From: Candidatus Uhrbacteria bacterium
GTDB taxonomy: Bacteria > Patescibacteriota > Patescibacteriia > UBA9934
Assembly: GCA_963822405.1 (NCBI GenBank)
Contig: CAWGHH010000004.1
Span: 70,226-134,225 of the forward strand
Reading direction: 5' to 3'
DNA: 64,000 bases
A program made the translations under genes and the position numbers. The notes below the pieces were generated by a model. That model searched no databases and had not been told where the DNA came from. It saw nothing but the letters and a program-made list of their open reading frames with translations. This document shows, piece after piece, positions 28,501-36,141 of the stretch (positions are counted from its first letter, which is position 1; every line of letters starts with the position of its first letter).

Positions 28501-30284
28501 CTAACGCTATCGGTAGCGTAACCTCCTTAGTAAAATCTGTCAGCGAATACCAAGCAAACATAATCGGCATCGCCTCAGATAACCACGGCGATTTCTCGAG
28601 TGCCGGTTACAACGTAATGGATGCCGATAACCCCATGCCCGTCGCCCTTAACGGTCGCGTCCCAGTCAAGATTGCGAACACCTCCGCCCCAATCGTCGCC
28701 GGCGACTACATCACCACCTCAAGTGAAGCTGGCAAAGGCATGAAAGCTACACTGTCCGGCGTTGTTATCGGTAAAGCACTCGAATCATGGATCCCTGACA
28801 ACGGCCAAGCGACCGTCATGGTTTTCGTCGAGCAGGGATACAGTACCGGCTCCGGAACCGACCTCGCAGAAATGTATTACTCGACAGATGAAACTATCGC
28901 GAAGGGCGACCTCGTTCGCATTGACGACAACATTCACGCCGGCGTAGCAAAAACAAACGGTACTTACGACGGAACTATCCTCGGCATTGTCGCTAGCCGA
29001 CCAGGTCTCGTGCTTCACGATCCAAAAGAAGCACATGAAGGCACAGCAGTACTCGTTGCTCTTGTTGGTCGAGTGCCTGTCAAAGTAACTACCGCTAACG
29101 GAGATGTTCATGCTGGCGACCTACTTACTTCCTCAGCTATTCCAGGAGTAGCCATGAAAGCTACCGCCGGCGGTCGAGTGATTGGTCAGGCGCTCTCTTC
29201 ATACACAGACGCCGGTGAAGGAATAGTGCAGGTATTTATTAATAATTCTTACGCCCCGACAGAAGTCTTTGCGCAGATAAATGCAGGTGCTTCAGTCACT
29301 AATCCAACTGTCGATCCAGTTGCCCCGGCATTCGTCACCACTGCCGATTTCGCTACAGCTCTCAATGAGATGAACAGTAGTTTGAACGCGCACGTTGCAA
29401 ACGAGCTTATCATCACGGACGCTCTCTCGGCTGGTGTATCTGGTCTTAATGATCGAGTCACCACCCTCGAAACCACCGTTTCCGCCAATGTTTCTGCACT
29501 TGCGGACGTTTCGACCCGTTTAATTGCGCTAGAACAAAATAGCCTAAGCCTTACTAGCCTGAATTTGCCTGGCGCCTTAGAAGTTACTGGTACCACAAAA
29601 CTCACCGGCGGATTACAGGTTGATTCGATAAGTTCTATCGGTTCTTCGATCAACTTCGCATCCGACATCAATCTCATCGGTCGCCCACTCTTTAATAAGG
29701 ACACAGGTGGCTTTGCGATTATCCACACCGGCGACACGTTCGTTCGCGTCACGTTTGAAAAGCCTTATGTCACTACGCCGGTTGTCGATGCATCCGTGAC
29801 TTTCAATGCTATCACTGATGAAATCGTGGCCGCGCAAGCTGAAGCTGATTATTTCGCGAGCGGAATGCACCTCATCGTAACCAGAAAAGACGTAACGGGA
29901 TTCACCATCATGTTGAATGCCCCGGCAACTACAGACCTGTCGTTCAACTGGATCGCGCTTGCCATTACGGATGCGAGAACGGATGAGTCGGTAGGGTCGA
30001 CGCTTGGGTCGACCCCGACACCGGTTGTTGCTGGCGCTACTGATCCTGCGCCTATTGATCCGACACCAATCCCAGATCCAACTCCGGTAGTTGATCCAGC
30101 ACCAATCATTGATCCCGTTCCCGTCGATCCAACACCTGTCGTAGACCCAACCCCAATCATCGATCCAGCCCCAATCGTTGACCCCGCTCCGATCGATCCA
30201 GTATTGGTCGACCCAATACCTGCCCCTATCGATCCGGCTCCGATTATTGATCCCGTGCCAGTCGATCCAGCCCCTGTAATCTAA
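24516..30284 (+). CDS. Giant surface protein, main segment (1922 aa)
   Basis: Continues the module WTDGGTDVTLTTSTDNVG exactly where the previous frame breaks. C-terminal DPxPI(I/V)DP repeats. Family A repeat in-frame at 29993-30020. Confidence 0.7.
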   Translation: MLAVRADGGTDITLTTSTDNVGIGGASLGKLSVDGDTDEIQLLIQGNATQTSNLAVFETSAGTDLFAISGAGELTQTYTGAGNASSITSTTTTNGSKGLIVSNTGVVTGRGYAGFFSKTGASTTNVGLYASASGATDNYAAIFDSGYVGIGTTSPIAKLNIQGWWAQTLMDGDSLAIRKPNYAGGGWARTLMDFQEYDGSTLTSMGAFGSNNTFVYGYIGAAYNDTTFQWYPDKSVAFNGSVGIGDTSPAAAFVVGNGDLFQVTSAGIIAAATGITSTGNVNFTGAILTGASPLSFDGATAGGIKTIFAITDPTVADKTITFPNATGTVALTSDLAIAGGWTDGGTDVTLTTSTDNVGVGGASLGKLSVDGDTDEIQFLVQGNATQNANLAVFENSSGTDLVTIDSLGAIAQTYAGTASTATTISMTNLTYGSGLLVIGSGAAMQSGGNLLNLSMGAATQGQAISIATTGIYTDTSGVINMFAGSLTSGIAENIEISGLTTGTGINVTGGYSMATGSELLNLNMGAATAGNGAIVTTTGIYTGTGLATLTANSATTGTGEAISMTGVTTGTGLSITGGSSMTTNGELLDLTMGTAAAGNAINITSTGVYTGTGIIKANANILTSGTLLALSSPSSAQSTAIFLDLAQTGVTTGFSGNLINLSSTATTGAAKFINLTADSSTVGIGENISMTGLTTGTGLSITGGSSMTANGELIYLNTSTAATGSAINIDNAGTYTGTGLIDLSATGMTTGTGLAITAGGLLGTGGRLTELDMGTSTAGNAINIDAISNWYEGTGLIAMTAPYLDQGTALSINSGTVGDNMADAGELIDLQLGPSSIGHGIKITDSGAYTGTGLILITANGLTTGKVINIPHTTSVIASGGSLINLSSTSIDTATTSGSLLNLSSTASTAGTQFLQTYSGLTTGIGQSIVSNALTSGKLLSLASSSTGQTSGTFLDIAQTGVTTGYTGNLLNISSSSTTGAAKFLNILADASTVGTGIELSMDALTTGKGINITSTSAGQTSASLLNIAQTGVTTGFTGSLVNISSSSTTGAGSKFLNIVADASTVGTGINLSMAAMTSGVGISITGSGASMSTGKLIDLQLGANTTGNGLAIVSSGAYSGAGIISITADSATNGTGVYISMTGRTGGQALAIIGGTGMANGTYLANLDLGAATAGAGFIAQTSGAYTGTGLGIISAPNATSGEMLLISSSGLTSSGHAISIVSGSTSGGIIIAGNGNTATSIDADGQVRIGFSTTTSSVAVCSTLGAGAAPVSGTSYFLRDCAGTITADYAEMYPVETGIEYGDILTTGTTPISVYAALPDGSGLDPTNAIGSVTSLVKSVSEYQANIIGIASDNHGDFSSAGYNVMDADNPMPVALNGRVPVKIANTSAPIVAGDYITTSSEAGKGMKATLSGVVIGKALESWIPDNGQATVMVFVEQGYSTGSGTDLAEMYYSTDETIAKGDLVRIDDNIHAGVAKTNGTYDGTILGIVASRPGLVLHDPKEAHEGTAVLVALVGRVPVKVTTANGDVHAGDLLTSSAIPGVAMKATAGGRVIGQALSSYTDAGEGIVQVFINNSYAPTEVFAQINAGASVTNPTVDPVAPAFVTTADFATALNEMNSSLNAHVANELIITDALSAGVSGLNDRVTTLETTVSANVSALADVSTRLIALEQNSLSLTSLNLPGALEVTGTTKLTGGLQVDSISSIGSSINFASDINLIGRPLFNKDTGGFAIIHTGDTFVRVTFEKPYVTTPVVDASVTFNAITDEIVAAQAEADYFASGMHLIVTRKDVTGFTIMLNAPATTDLSFNWIALAITDARTDESVGSTLGSTPTPVVAGATDPAPIDPTPIPDPTPVVDPAPIIDPVPVDPTPVVDPTPIIDPAPIVDPAPIDPVLVDPIPAPIDPAPIIDPVPVDPAPVI
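29993..30020. repeat. Family A element inside giant surface gene, in-frame (encodes GSTLGSTPTP)
   Basis: GGGTCGACgcttGGGTCGACCCC. Confidence 0.8.
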
Positions 30285-30307
30285 ACCGTCGCTCAGTTTT
30301 AGAACGC

Positions 30308-30814
30308 GTGGTAGCATTATGCAGTATGAAAACAATTTCAAAGGCTAAGCCTGACTCTATGAACAAACTCACGGTCATCGGTCTCCTTATATTTGCCCTG
30401 GCATCCGTAGGCGGAAACGTTTTTCTTGGAGTGAAGTATTTCTCCGCACCAAAAGTAATCAGCGTGCTTGATGAAAATCAAAAAATTATTGCTGACGTGG
30501 GTAAACTCATGGAACTACCAACTGACGAGTTGCCGACTGTAGCTAAAGTCGACGATCCGCAGCAACTCATAGATCAAGGCGTGTTCACTAAAGTTCAAAA
30601 AGATGACACGGTGCTTATTTATCCAAAAGCTAAGCGAGCTATTCTTTACCGCCCAAGCACCAATAAAATTATCGAGGTGGCCACCGTGAATATCACTGAT
30701 ACACCACCAGCGGCTACGAACGGGTCGACGCTTGGGTCGACCCCAACGCCAACGACGCCACCGGCTCCCGCGCCAATCCCGGCACCTGCCCCAACACCCA
30801 CCCCTACGCCGTAG
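30308..30814 (+). CDS. Membrane-anchored protein, paralog of the N-terminal domain of 47241..47933
   Basis: TM helix, then LPTDE…ILYRPSTNKIIEVATVNIT aligning to the LPTDE…ILYRPSTDQIIQVASINVS domain of 47241..47933. Pro/Thr-rich tail. Family A repeat in-frame. Confidence 0.6.
   Translation: MVALCSMKTISKAKPDSMNKLTVIGLLIFALASVGGNVFLGVKYFSAPKVISVLDENQKIIADVGKLMELPTDELPTVAKVDDPQQLIDQGVFTKVQKDDTVLIYPKAKRAILYRPSTNKIIEVATVNITDTPPAATNGSTLGSTPTPTTPPAPAPIPAPAPTPTPTP
30719..30748. repeat. Family A element inside 30308..30814, in-frame (encodes GSTLGSTPTP)
   Basis: Identical 23-nt core to the copy at 29993. Confidence 0.8.
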
Positions 30815-30823
30815 GCCCTTCTG

Positions 30824-31831
30824 GTGTACGGGCTTGGCGCCGCCAAGCCCTTACGTATGATTACATCCAAACCAATCATTCTCTACGCGGCATTGATAGG
30901 CCTTCTTTTTGGCATGCCTTTTCAAGCGCTCGCCGGCACTCTCTCTTGCTCGGTAACAACCTCATGCCCAACGGGCACTGTGCTTTACCGCCTTTATGAT
31001 CCGAACGGCAATCACGCCGAGATGCCCAGCCAATCACTCTATACATATATGGTGTGCTGCACCGGCGTCGCTGGCCTGGGCAATAGCTGTGCTACTGGCG
31101 TGAACGCAGTTGTCGTCAAACTTTCGAGCACAACAAATGCACACATAGAACAAAACTCCCAGTCCAACTATTCCGGTAATGACGCCTGCTTATCAGTCGA
31201 TGCTGGTGGCTCGGTCTCGGTTGGTTATCAAGCCACTAATTGCAGCGGCTACGATACAACCATTGGCTCAATGACAGCGGTAACCAATAGCCACGTTGGG
31301 GATGGCGCCGCCTATGCCGTCAAAATCTGCGCGACCGCCCTACCGCCACAGACATTAACCTTCAACGTCTCAGATAACACGATCGGATTCGGAACACTTT
31401 CCGCAATTGTTCCCAGGTATGCAACGGGAGACGCCCAAGGGTCAGGCGCGGAAGTAGAAGCGCATACCTTAGCGATCAGTACATCAGCAGCAAACGGCTA
31501 CACGCTCACAATTAGAGGCACAACTCTTGCGGACGGTGGGAATGTCATAACCCCGATAGGCGGAACTAACACAGCCCCAATCCCCGGGTCAGAACAGTTC
31601 GGCTTAAGGCTAGTGGCAACTGGTGGATCAGGTACGGTAACTTCCCTGTATGGAGCTTCAGGATTTGCTTTCAATGCCACTGACTCTACTACCATCCAAG
31701 TAGCCACAGAGAATCCTGGAGATGAAGTGACCACCACATACTCAGCACGCTATCTTGCAAACATTACAAACACCACACAACCTGGAAGTTACGCAGCCAC
31801 ACTCACCTATATAGTAACGGGATCATTTTAA
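30824..31831 (+). CDS. Secreted Cys-rich beta-protein, paralog of 31945..33075
   Basis: Signal peptide. Shared C-terminal domain TLTFNVSDNTIGFGTL … YxxTLxYIxTGxF. Confidence 0.6.
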   Translation: MYGLGAAKPLRMITSKPIILYAALIGLLFGMPFQALAGTLSCSVTTSCPTGTVLYRLYDPNGNHAEMPSQSLYTYMVCCTGVAGLGNSCATGVNAVVVKLSSTTNAHIEQNSQSNYSGNDACLSVDAGGSVSVGYQATNCSGYDTTIGSMTAVTNSHVGDGAAYAVKICATALPPQTLTFNVSDNTIGFGTLSAIVPRYATGDAQGSGAEVEAHTLAISTSAANGYTLTIRGTTLADGGNVITPIGGTNTAPIPGSEQFGLRLVATGGSGTVTSLYGASGFAFNATDSTTIQVATENPGDEVTTTYSARYLANITNTTQPGSYAATLTYIVTGSF

Positions 31832-31880
31832 TTTTTTCCGTACGTATCGTAAGAATGTTATAAACAACCCGCCTTATATT

Positions 31881-31912
31881 TTACTAACATAAATTATTTG
31901 AGTGCTATAATG
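31881..31912 (+). promoter_or_regulatory. Candidate sigma70 promoter with extended -10 (TGcTATAAT)
   Basis: TG-n-TATAAT at 31904-31912 in an AT-rich intergenic region about 30 nt upstream of the 31945 ATG. Confidence 0.35.
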
Positions 31913-31944
31913 CTAAGTATTAATTACCAGGATACAATATTGAT

Positions 31945-33075
31945 ATGCGCACACCGTCATTTAAAAAAAGTTTTAGGTCTGGTGTCAGCCTTATAGTGGC
32001 GACTACCGCCATGATCGCCGGACCGCTTCTCCAGATTGGCGCACTTACTCAATACGCACACGCCGCTACCCTCACCACAATGTCAGATACCATGACTGAT
32101 CAGGCTCCATCAGCAGAATCAACCCATACGATCAAATGGACAACGGCCGGCCAAAACGTAACCGGAGACACTGTGATTATTGATTTCGTTGCGGCAGACT
32201 TCGTTCCCTCGGGAACATGGGCTACTACGGACTTCGCCCTTACTGACATTGGCGGGGGTCGCACAGCTACCGCTCCTGTATCTGTTGGCACTTACCTAAT
32301 CCCAGGAACATGTTCCTCCGGCGCAACTAATTATATTGTTGATGTTGATGCCACGAGCGGTTCATTCCGCATCACATTTTGTGCCGGCTGGACCGCAAGC
32401 ACGGCCGCTAACCTAACCACCTTCGTGATCGATGCCGATGCTCTGGCGACCGGCGGTATCATGACAAACAGTGCATCGAACGTTGAATCATCAGTAGTGA
32501 ACATTGCCTACGCTACTTCCAACTCAGACAGTGGTATGTTGGCCATCGTCGTTGAATCACTGGCAAACGTAAACATCACTGCCACGGCTGCCGTTGGACC
32601 AACACTCACTTTTAACGTCAGCGACAACACAATTGGCTTTGGAACGCTAAGTTCAGTGGCCGCTAGATACGCTTCGCCTGATACGCTTGGAAGTGCCCTC
32701 TCCACAACCGTCGCGCACACATTCTACGTTGATACTAACGCGACCGGCGGATATATTGTCACATTCAAAGGGGCTACACTAACATCCGGTGGTAACACCA
32801 TCACTGCGATCGGCAGTTCGAACACCGCATCCACCCCAGGAACAGAACAGTTCGGACTGCGGGCTACGGTAGCCAGCGGTAGCGGAACAGTAACGGCTCC
32901 GTATGCAGCGGCTGGATTTGCCTTCACGGCAGGTACCACACAACCAGTAGCGTCATACACCGGAGTTGATGCAGGCACTACTTTTAACGCCATTTATCTG
33001 GCCAACATCACCGGTGCCACGGAAGCCGGTGCTTACTCAACAACCTTGAAATACATTGCTACCGGAACTTTTTAA
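31945..33075 (+). CDS. Secreted beta-protein, paralog of 30824..31831
   Basis: Signal peptide. Same C-terminal domain as the 30824..31831 gene. Confidence 0.6.
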   Translation: MRTPSFKKSFRSGVSLIVATTAMIAGPLLQIGALTQYAHAATLTTMSDTMTDQAPSAESTHTIKWTTAGQNVTGDTVIIDFVAADFVPSGTWATTDFALTDIGGGRTATAPVSVGTYLIPGTCSSGATNYIVDVDATSGSFRITFCAGWTASTAANLTTFVIDADALATGGIMTNSASNVESSVVNIAYATSNSDSGMLAIVVESLANVNITATAAVGPTLTFNVSDNTIGFGTLSSVAARYASPDTLGSALSTTVAHTFYVDTNATGGYIVTFKGATLTSGGNTITAIGSSNTASTPGTEQFGLRATVASGSGTVTAPYAAAGFAFTAGTTQPVASYTGVDAGTTFNAIYLANITGATEAGAYSTTLKYIATGTF

Positions 33076-33088
33076 GCAATTAACTGAA

Positions 33089-33118
33089 AATACCGCCGAA
33101 AAGGCGGTATTTTTTATA
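33089..33118 (+). terminator. Rho-independent terminator
   Basis: ATACCGCCgaaaaGGCGGTAT followed by TTTTTTAT. Confidence 0.7.
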
Positions 33119-33184
33119 CACAGAATTTCACAAATTCATCATAGACACGAGCCGTCATACCTGAGAAAATGCAACTTAGAACAT

Positions 33185-34177
33185 ATGAAATACCTGTCTC
33201 TCAGCTTTCTCGGTGCGTTACTCGGCCTCTGTCTGTCAGTACAAAGCGCATTCGCAATTACCGTATCTCCAGTGAAAATAGAGGTGTCTGGGGATCCTGG
33301 ACATGCAGTTACCGGAGAACTAGAGCTGTTCAACGGCGAAAAAAATGCCGTAACTCTCTACTCATCTTTTGAAAAATTTGAAGCCCAAGGAGAAACCGGC
33401 AACCCTGTCTTCACCCCCGGAACGGAAGATCTTAGTACGTGGATTCAAGTCACTCCCAGTATCACTCTCCAGCCGATGGACCGAGTAAAGCTCCCCTTCC
33501 GTATCACCATCCCGGCTGACGCCACCCCAGGCGGACACTTTGCAGCAATATTCTGGAATAATGCGCCACCAACTGACTTACAGAATAGCGAGGTGAGAGT
33601 CGGTTCTAAAATTGGCATATTAGTCTTACTGAAAGTTTCCGGGGAAGTAACTGAATCTGGTAATTTCATTGGATTTGGCACTGAAAATGATCAAACATTT
33701 TTCACCTCGCCTCCAGTAAATTTCTGGTATCGATTTCAAAATGCCGGTTCAGATCGGGTGAAACCAACTGGAACTATTCTTATCAAGAATACTTTCGGCC
33801 TAAAGGCTACTGAATTCAACGCTAACCCAACAGATGGCAACGTGCTACCGCAAAGCATTCGTCGATTAACAGCTTCGTGGCTAGAAAAAGATCACTGGGA
33901 TAATGTAGTAAAAATACCAGACGATAAAAGCTTTCTATCGCTCGCGTCCTACGAATTACAGCATTTTCATTTCGGTCGCTTTACCGCCCACCTCAATCTT
34001 GAGTATGGCACCGAAGGAAAGATAGCTTACGCAAAAGTCTCTTTCCTGATGATTCCATGGCATGCGCTCATCATAGTCATTCCCACGCTCTTCATCATCT
34101 TTATTCTTGGTATAATCTTCTTGAAGCGGTATAACCGTTGGATTATTCGCCAAGCAAATGCGAAAACGCAGGGTTAA
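33185..34177 (+). CDS. DUF916 (CscA)-like cell-surface protein with C-terminal TM anchor
   Basis: Signal peptide MKYLSLSFLGALLGLCLSVQSAFA. ITVSPVKIEVS…LPFRITIPADATPGGHFAAIFW pattern resembling DUF916. C-terminal hydrophobic helix plus basic tail. Confidence 0.5.
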   Translation: MKYLSLSFLGALLGLCLSVQSAFAITVSPVKIEVSGDPGHAVTGELELFNGEKNAVTLYSSFEKFEAQGETGNPVFTPGTEDLSTWIQVTPSITLQPMDRVKLPFRITIPADATPGGHFAAIFWNNAPPTDLQNSEVRVGSKIGILVLLKVSGEVTESGNFIGFGTENDQTFFTSPPVNFWYRFQNAGSDRVKPTGTILIKNTFGLKATEFNANPTDGNVLPQSIRRLTASWLEKDHWDNVVKIPDDKSFLSLASYELQHFHFGRFTAHLNLEYGTEGKIAYAKVSFLMIPWHALIIVIPTLFIIFILGIIFLKRYNRWIIRQANAKTQG

Positions 34178-35228
34178 TCACAAGCATAAAGGACTTCTCG
34201 TCATCGCTCTCGCCGCCTTATTATTAGCGGCGGGAGTTTGGCATCTTGTCGAGTTAACCCGCGCTGATCCACCACCAGTCGAAATAGATGTCACAATTTC
34301 AACTATGGTTCTTGGCTGCGGCGACGGCATAGTCGAGCTAGGCGAAGATTGTGACGGAACAGAGATGAACGGACACACCTGCGCAACAGAGGGCTTCTTA
34401 TACGGCTCTATCAGCTGTCAGGCTAGTTGCGTAGTCCAAACCTCAGCCTGCACTATGGCCACACCAAGTGGAGGAGGTTCTACACCAGTCGTCCCGGTCT
34501 CCTCGACCAAAGAAATATTTACGGGTTACGCATCTCCGGAAAGTACCGTAAACATCTTTAAAGATGGTATTGTCGTCGCTACCGTTACAACAGATGCAAC
34601 CGGAGTATTTTTCGCCCAAATCAATAATGTGACAAATGGTAATTACATATTCGGTTTTCTAGCGACTGATGCTTCCGGCAACGCTTCTGCCTTTTCTACC
34701 CTAAATATTACGGCCAGTGGAGGAATTGCTACGAATGTAGATATGCTACTTTCGCCAATAATGGTTCCGATGATATCGCCTGGGACAACCGGAAATTCAG
34801 TCATGATGTCAGGCAGTACCGCTCCCAATGCTAGTGTAAAAGTATCGCTGTATTCACCGCTAGGAATATCGCTATCGAATCAGACCGTGTCAGCCGATGA
34901 CCAGGGGCTCTACATGGCAATGTTCGATGCATCTTTGTTAACTACGGATGGAGTCTATACAGATATTGATCAAGCATCACTGGGCACACTAACTAGCGAC
35001 TTCAGTCTCCCTGGCCTATTTACCGTTGGTGCCCCTGTCCCTCTCTACATGCCCGGTGACTATGACGAAAACTTGAGAGTAAATTTGGTCGACTTTTCGA
35101 TTGCCATGTACTGGTACAAATGGCCACTAACCGACGCTTTCAAAATTCTTGAACTTCGACACGGCAATGGAGACGGTCTCTTGAACTTGATCGACATCAG
35201 CATTATGGCTTACTGGTGGACTGGATAA
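34158..35228 (+). CDS. Secreted protein with C-terminal dockerin-like repeat pair
   Basis: N-terminal TM/signal. C-terminus has two EF-hand-like dockerin repeats (DENLRVNLVDFSIAMYWY / GNGDGLLNLIDISIMAYWW). Confidence 0.5.
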   Translation: MRKRRVNHKHKGLLVIALAALLLAAGVWHLVELTRADPPPVEIDVTISTMVLGCGDGIVELGEDCDGTEMNGHTCATEGFLYGSISCQASCVVQTSACTMATPSGGGSTPVVPVSSTKEIFTGYASPESTVNIFKDGIVVATVTTDATGVFFAQINNVTNGNYIFGFLATDASGNASAFSTLNITASGGIATNVDMLLSPIMVPMISPGTTGNSVMMSGSTAPNASVKVSLYSPLGISLSNQTVSADDQGLYMAMFDASLLTTDGVYTDIDQASLGTLTSDFSLPGLFTVGAPVPLYMPGDYDENLRVNLVDFSIAMYWYKWPLTDAFKILELRHGNGDGLLNLIDISIMAYWWTG

Positions 35229-35232
35229 TTCT

Positions 35233-36141
35233 ATGCACTCCCCTGCAAAAAAAATTATCGTCATCATCGTTTCACTCACCGCTCTTCTGGCGCCGCATTT
35301 ACTTTTCGCTGCCCAGGTTACCGTATTGCCGGGAAGTAAAGCGGTCATTCAAACGGCCGAATTTCAAACTGACGTCACAATCGATACTAATGGCGAATCA
35401 ATTAATGTCTTTTCGGGAAAAATTGTTTTTCCGAGTGATATTGTCGAACTAAAAGAAATTCGAAGTGGCAACTCAATAGTAAATTATTGGGTCGAGGAAC
35501 CAAAAAATGTGAACGGCGAAATCGCCTTCGCCGGCATGACGCCTGGAGGCTACAACGGCAATCACGGGGTAATCTTTTCACTCATCTTCACCGCTACTGC
35601 CCAAGGTCAAGGGAGTATAGTCGTTAAAGACCCACTGTTCCTAAAGAACGACGGCAAAGGAACCTCGGCTAACATCAATATCAGCAATTCGATCCTCACC
35701 GTTCTTGCGCCAGACCAAAGACGGAACATCGTCGTCCCGCCAATTACTGATACAACGCCACCTGAACTCTTCGCCCCGGAAATTTCACGCTCCCCGTCAA
35801 TCTTAAACAATGCTTGGCTACTATTCTTCAGCGCGCAAGACAAAGGATCTGGCATTGGTCACTATGAAATTCAAGAATATCAAAACGGCCTATTCAGCTT
35901 CTTCGCCCCATGGCAGATAGCGTCAAGCCCGTACTTGCTCAAAGATCAATCGGCCAGCAGCCAACTCAATGTTCGTGCAATAGATAAATCGGGAAACATT
36001 CGCACCGTTCATGTCTCGCCCCTTCATGCGCCGGTTTGGTACCTCAATATAATAAATTGGTTCGTTGTTATTGGTATACTGGCGCTGATCGTTACCCTGA
36101 AAACGGTACTATGGCGAAAGCGTGGAAAAATTTCCTCTTAG
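35233..36141 (+). CDS. Cohesin-like domain protein with C-terminal membrane anchor
   Basis: Signal peptide, QVTVLPGSKAVIQTAEFQTDVTIDTNG… cohesin-like beta-sandwich pattern, C-terminal TM helix plus KR tail. Confidence 0.45.
   Translation: MHSPAKKIIVIIVSLTALLAPHLLFAAQVTVLPGSKAVIQTAEFQTDVTIDTNGESINVFSGKIVFPSDIVELKEIRSGNSIVNYWVEEPKNVNGEIAFAGMTPGGYNGNHGVIFSLIFTATAQGQGSIVVKDPLFLKNDGKGTSANINISNSILTVLAPDQRRNIVVPPITDTTPPELFAPEISRSPSILNNAWLLFFSAQDKGSGIGHYEIQEYQNGLFSFFAPWQIASSPYLLKDQSASSQLNVRAIDKSGNIRTVHVSPLHAPVWYLNIINWFVVIGILALIVTLKTVLWRKRGKISS

Noticed and set aside
30040-30284. DPxPI(I/V)DP proline-rich tandem repeats at the C-terminus of the giant gene as a possible separate feature
   Set aside because: Consistent with an ordinary cell-wall-spanning proline-rich tail of the surface protein, and not independently remarkable.
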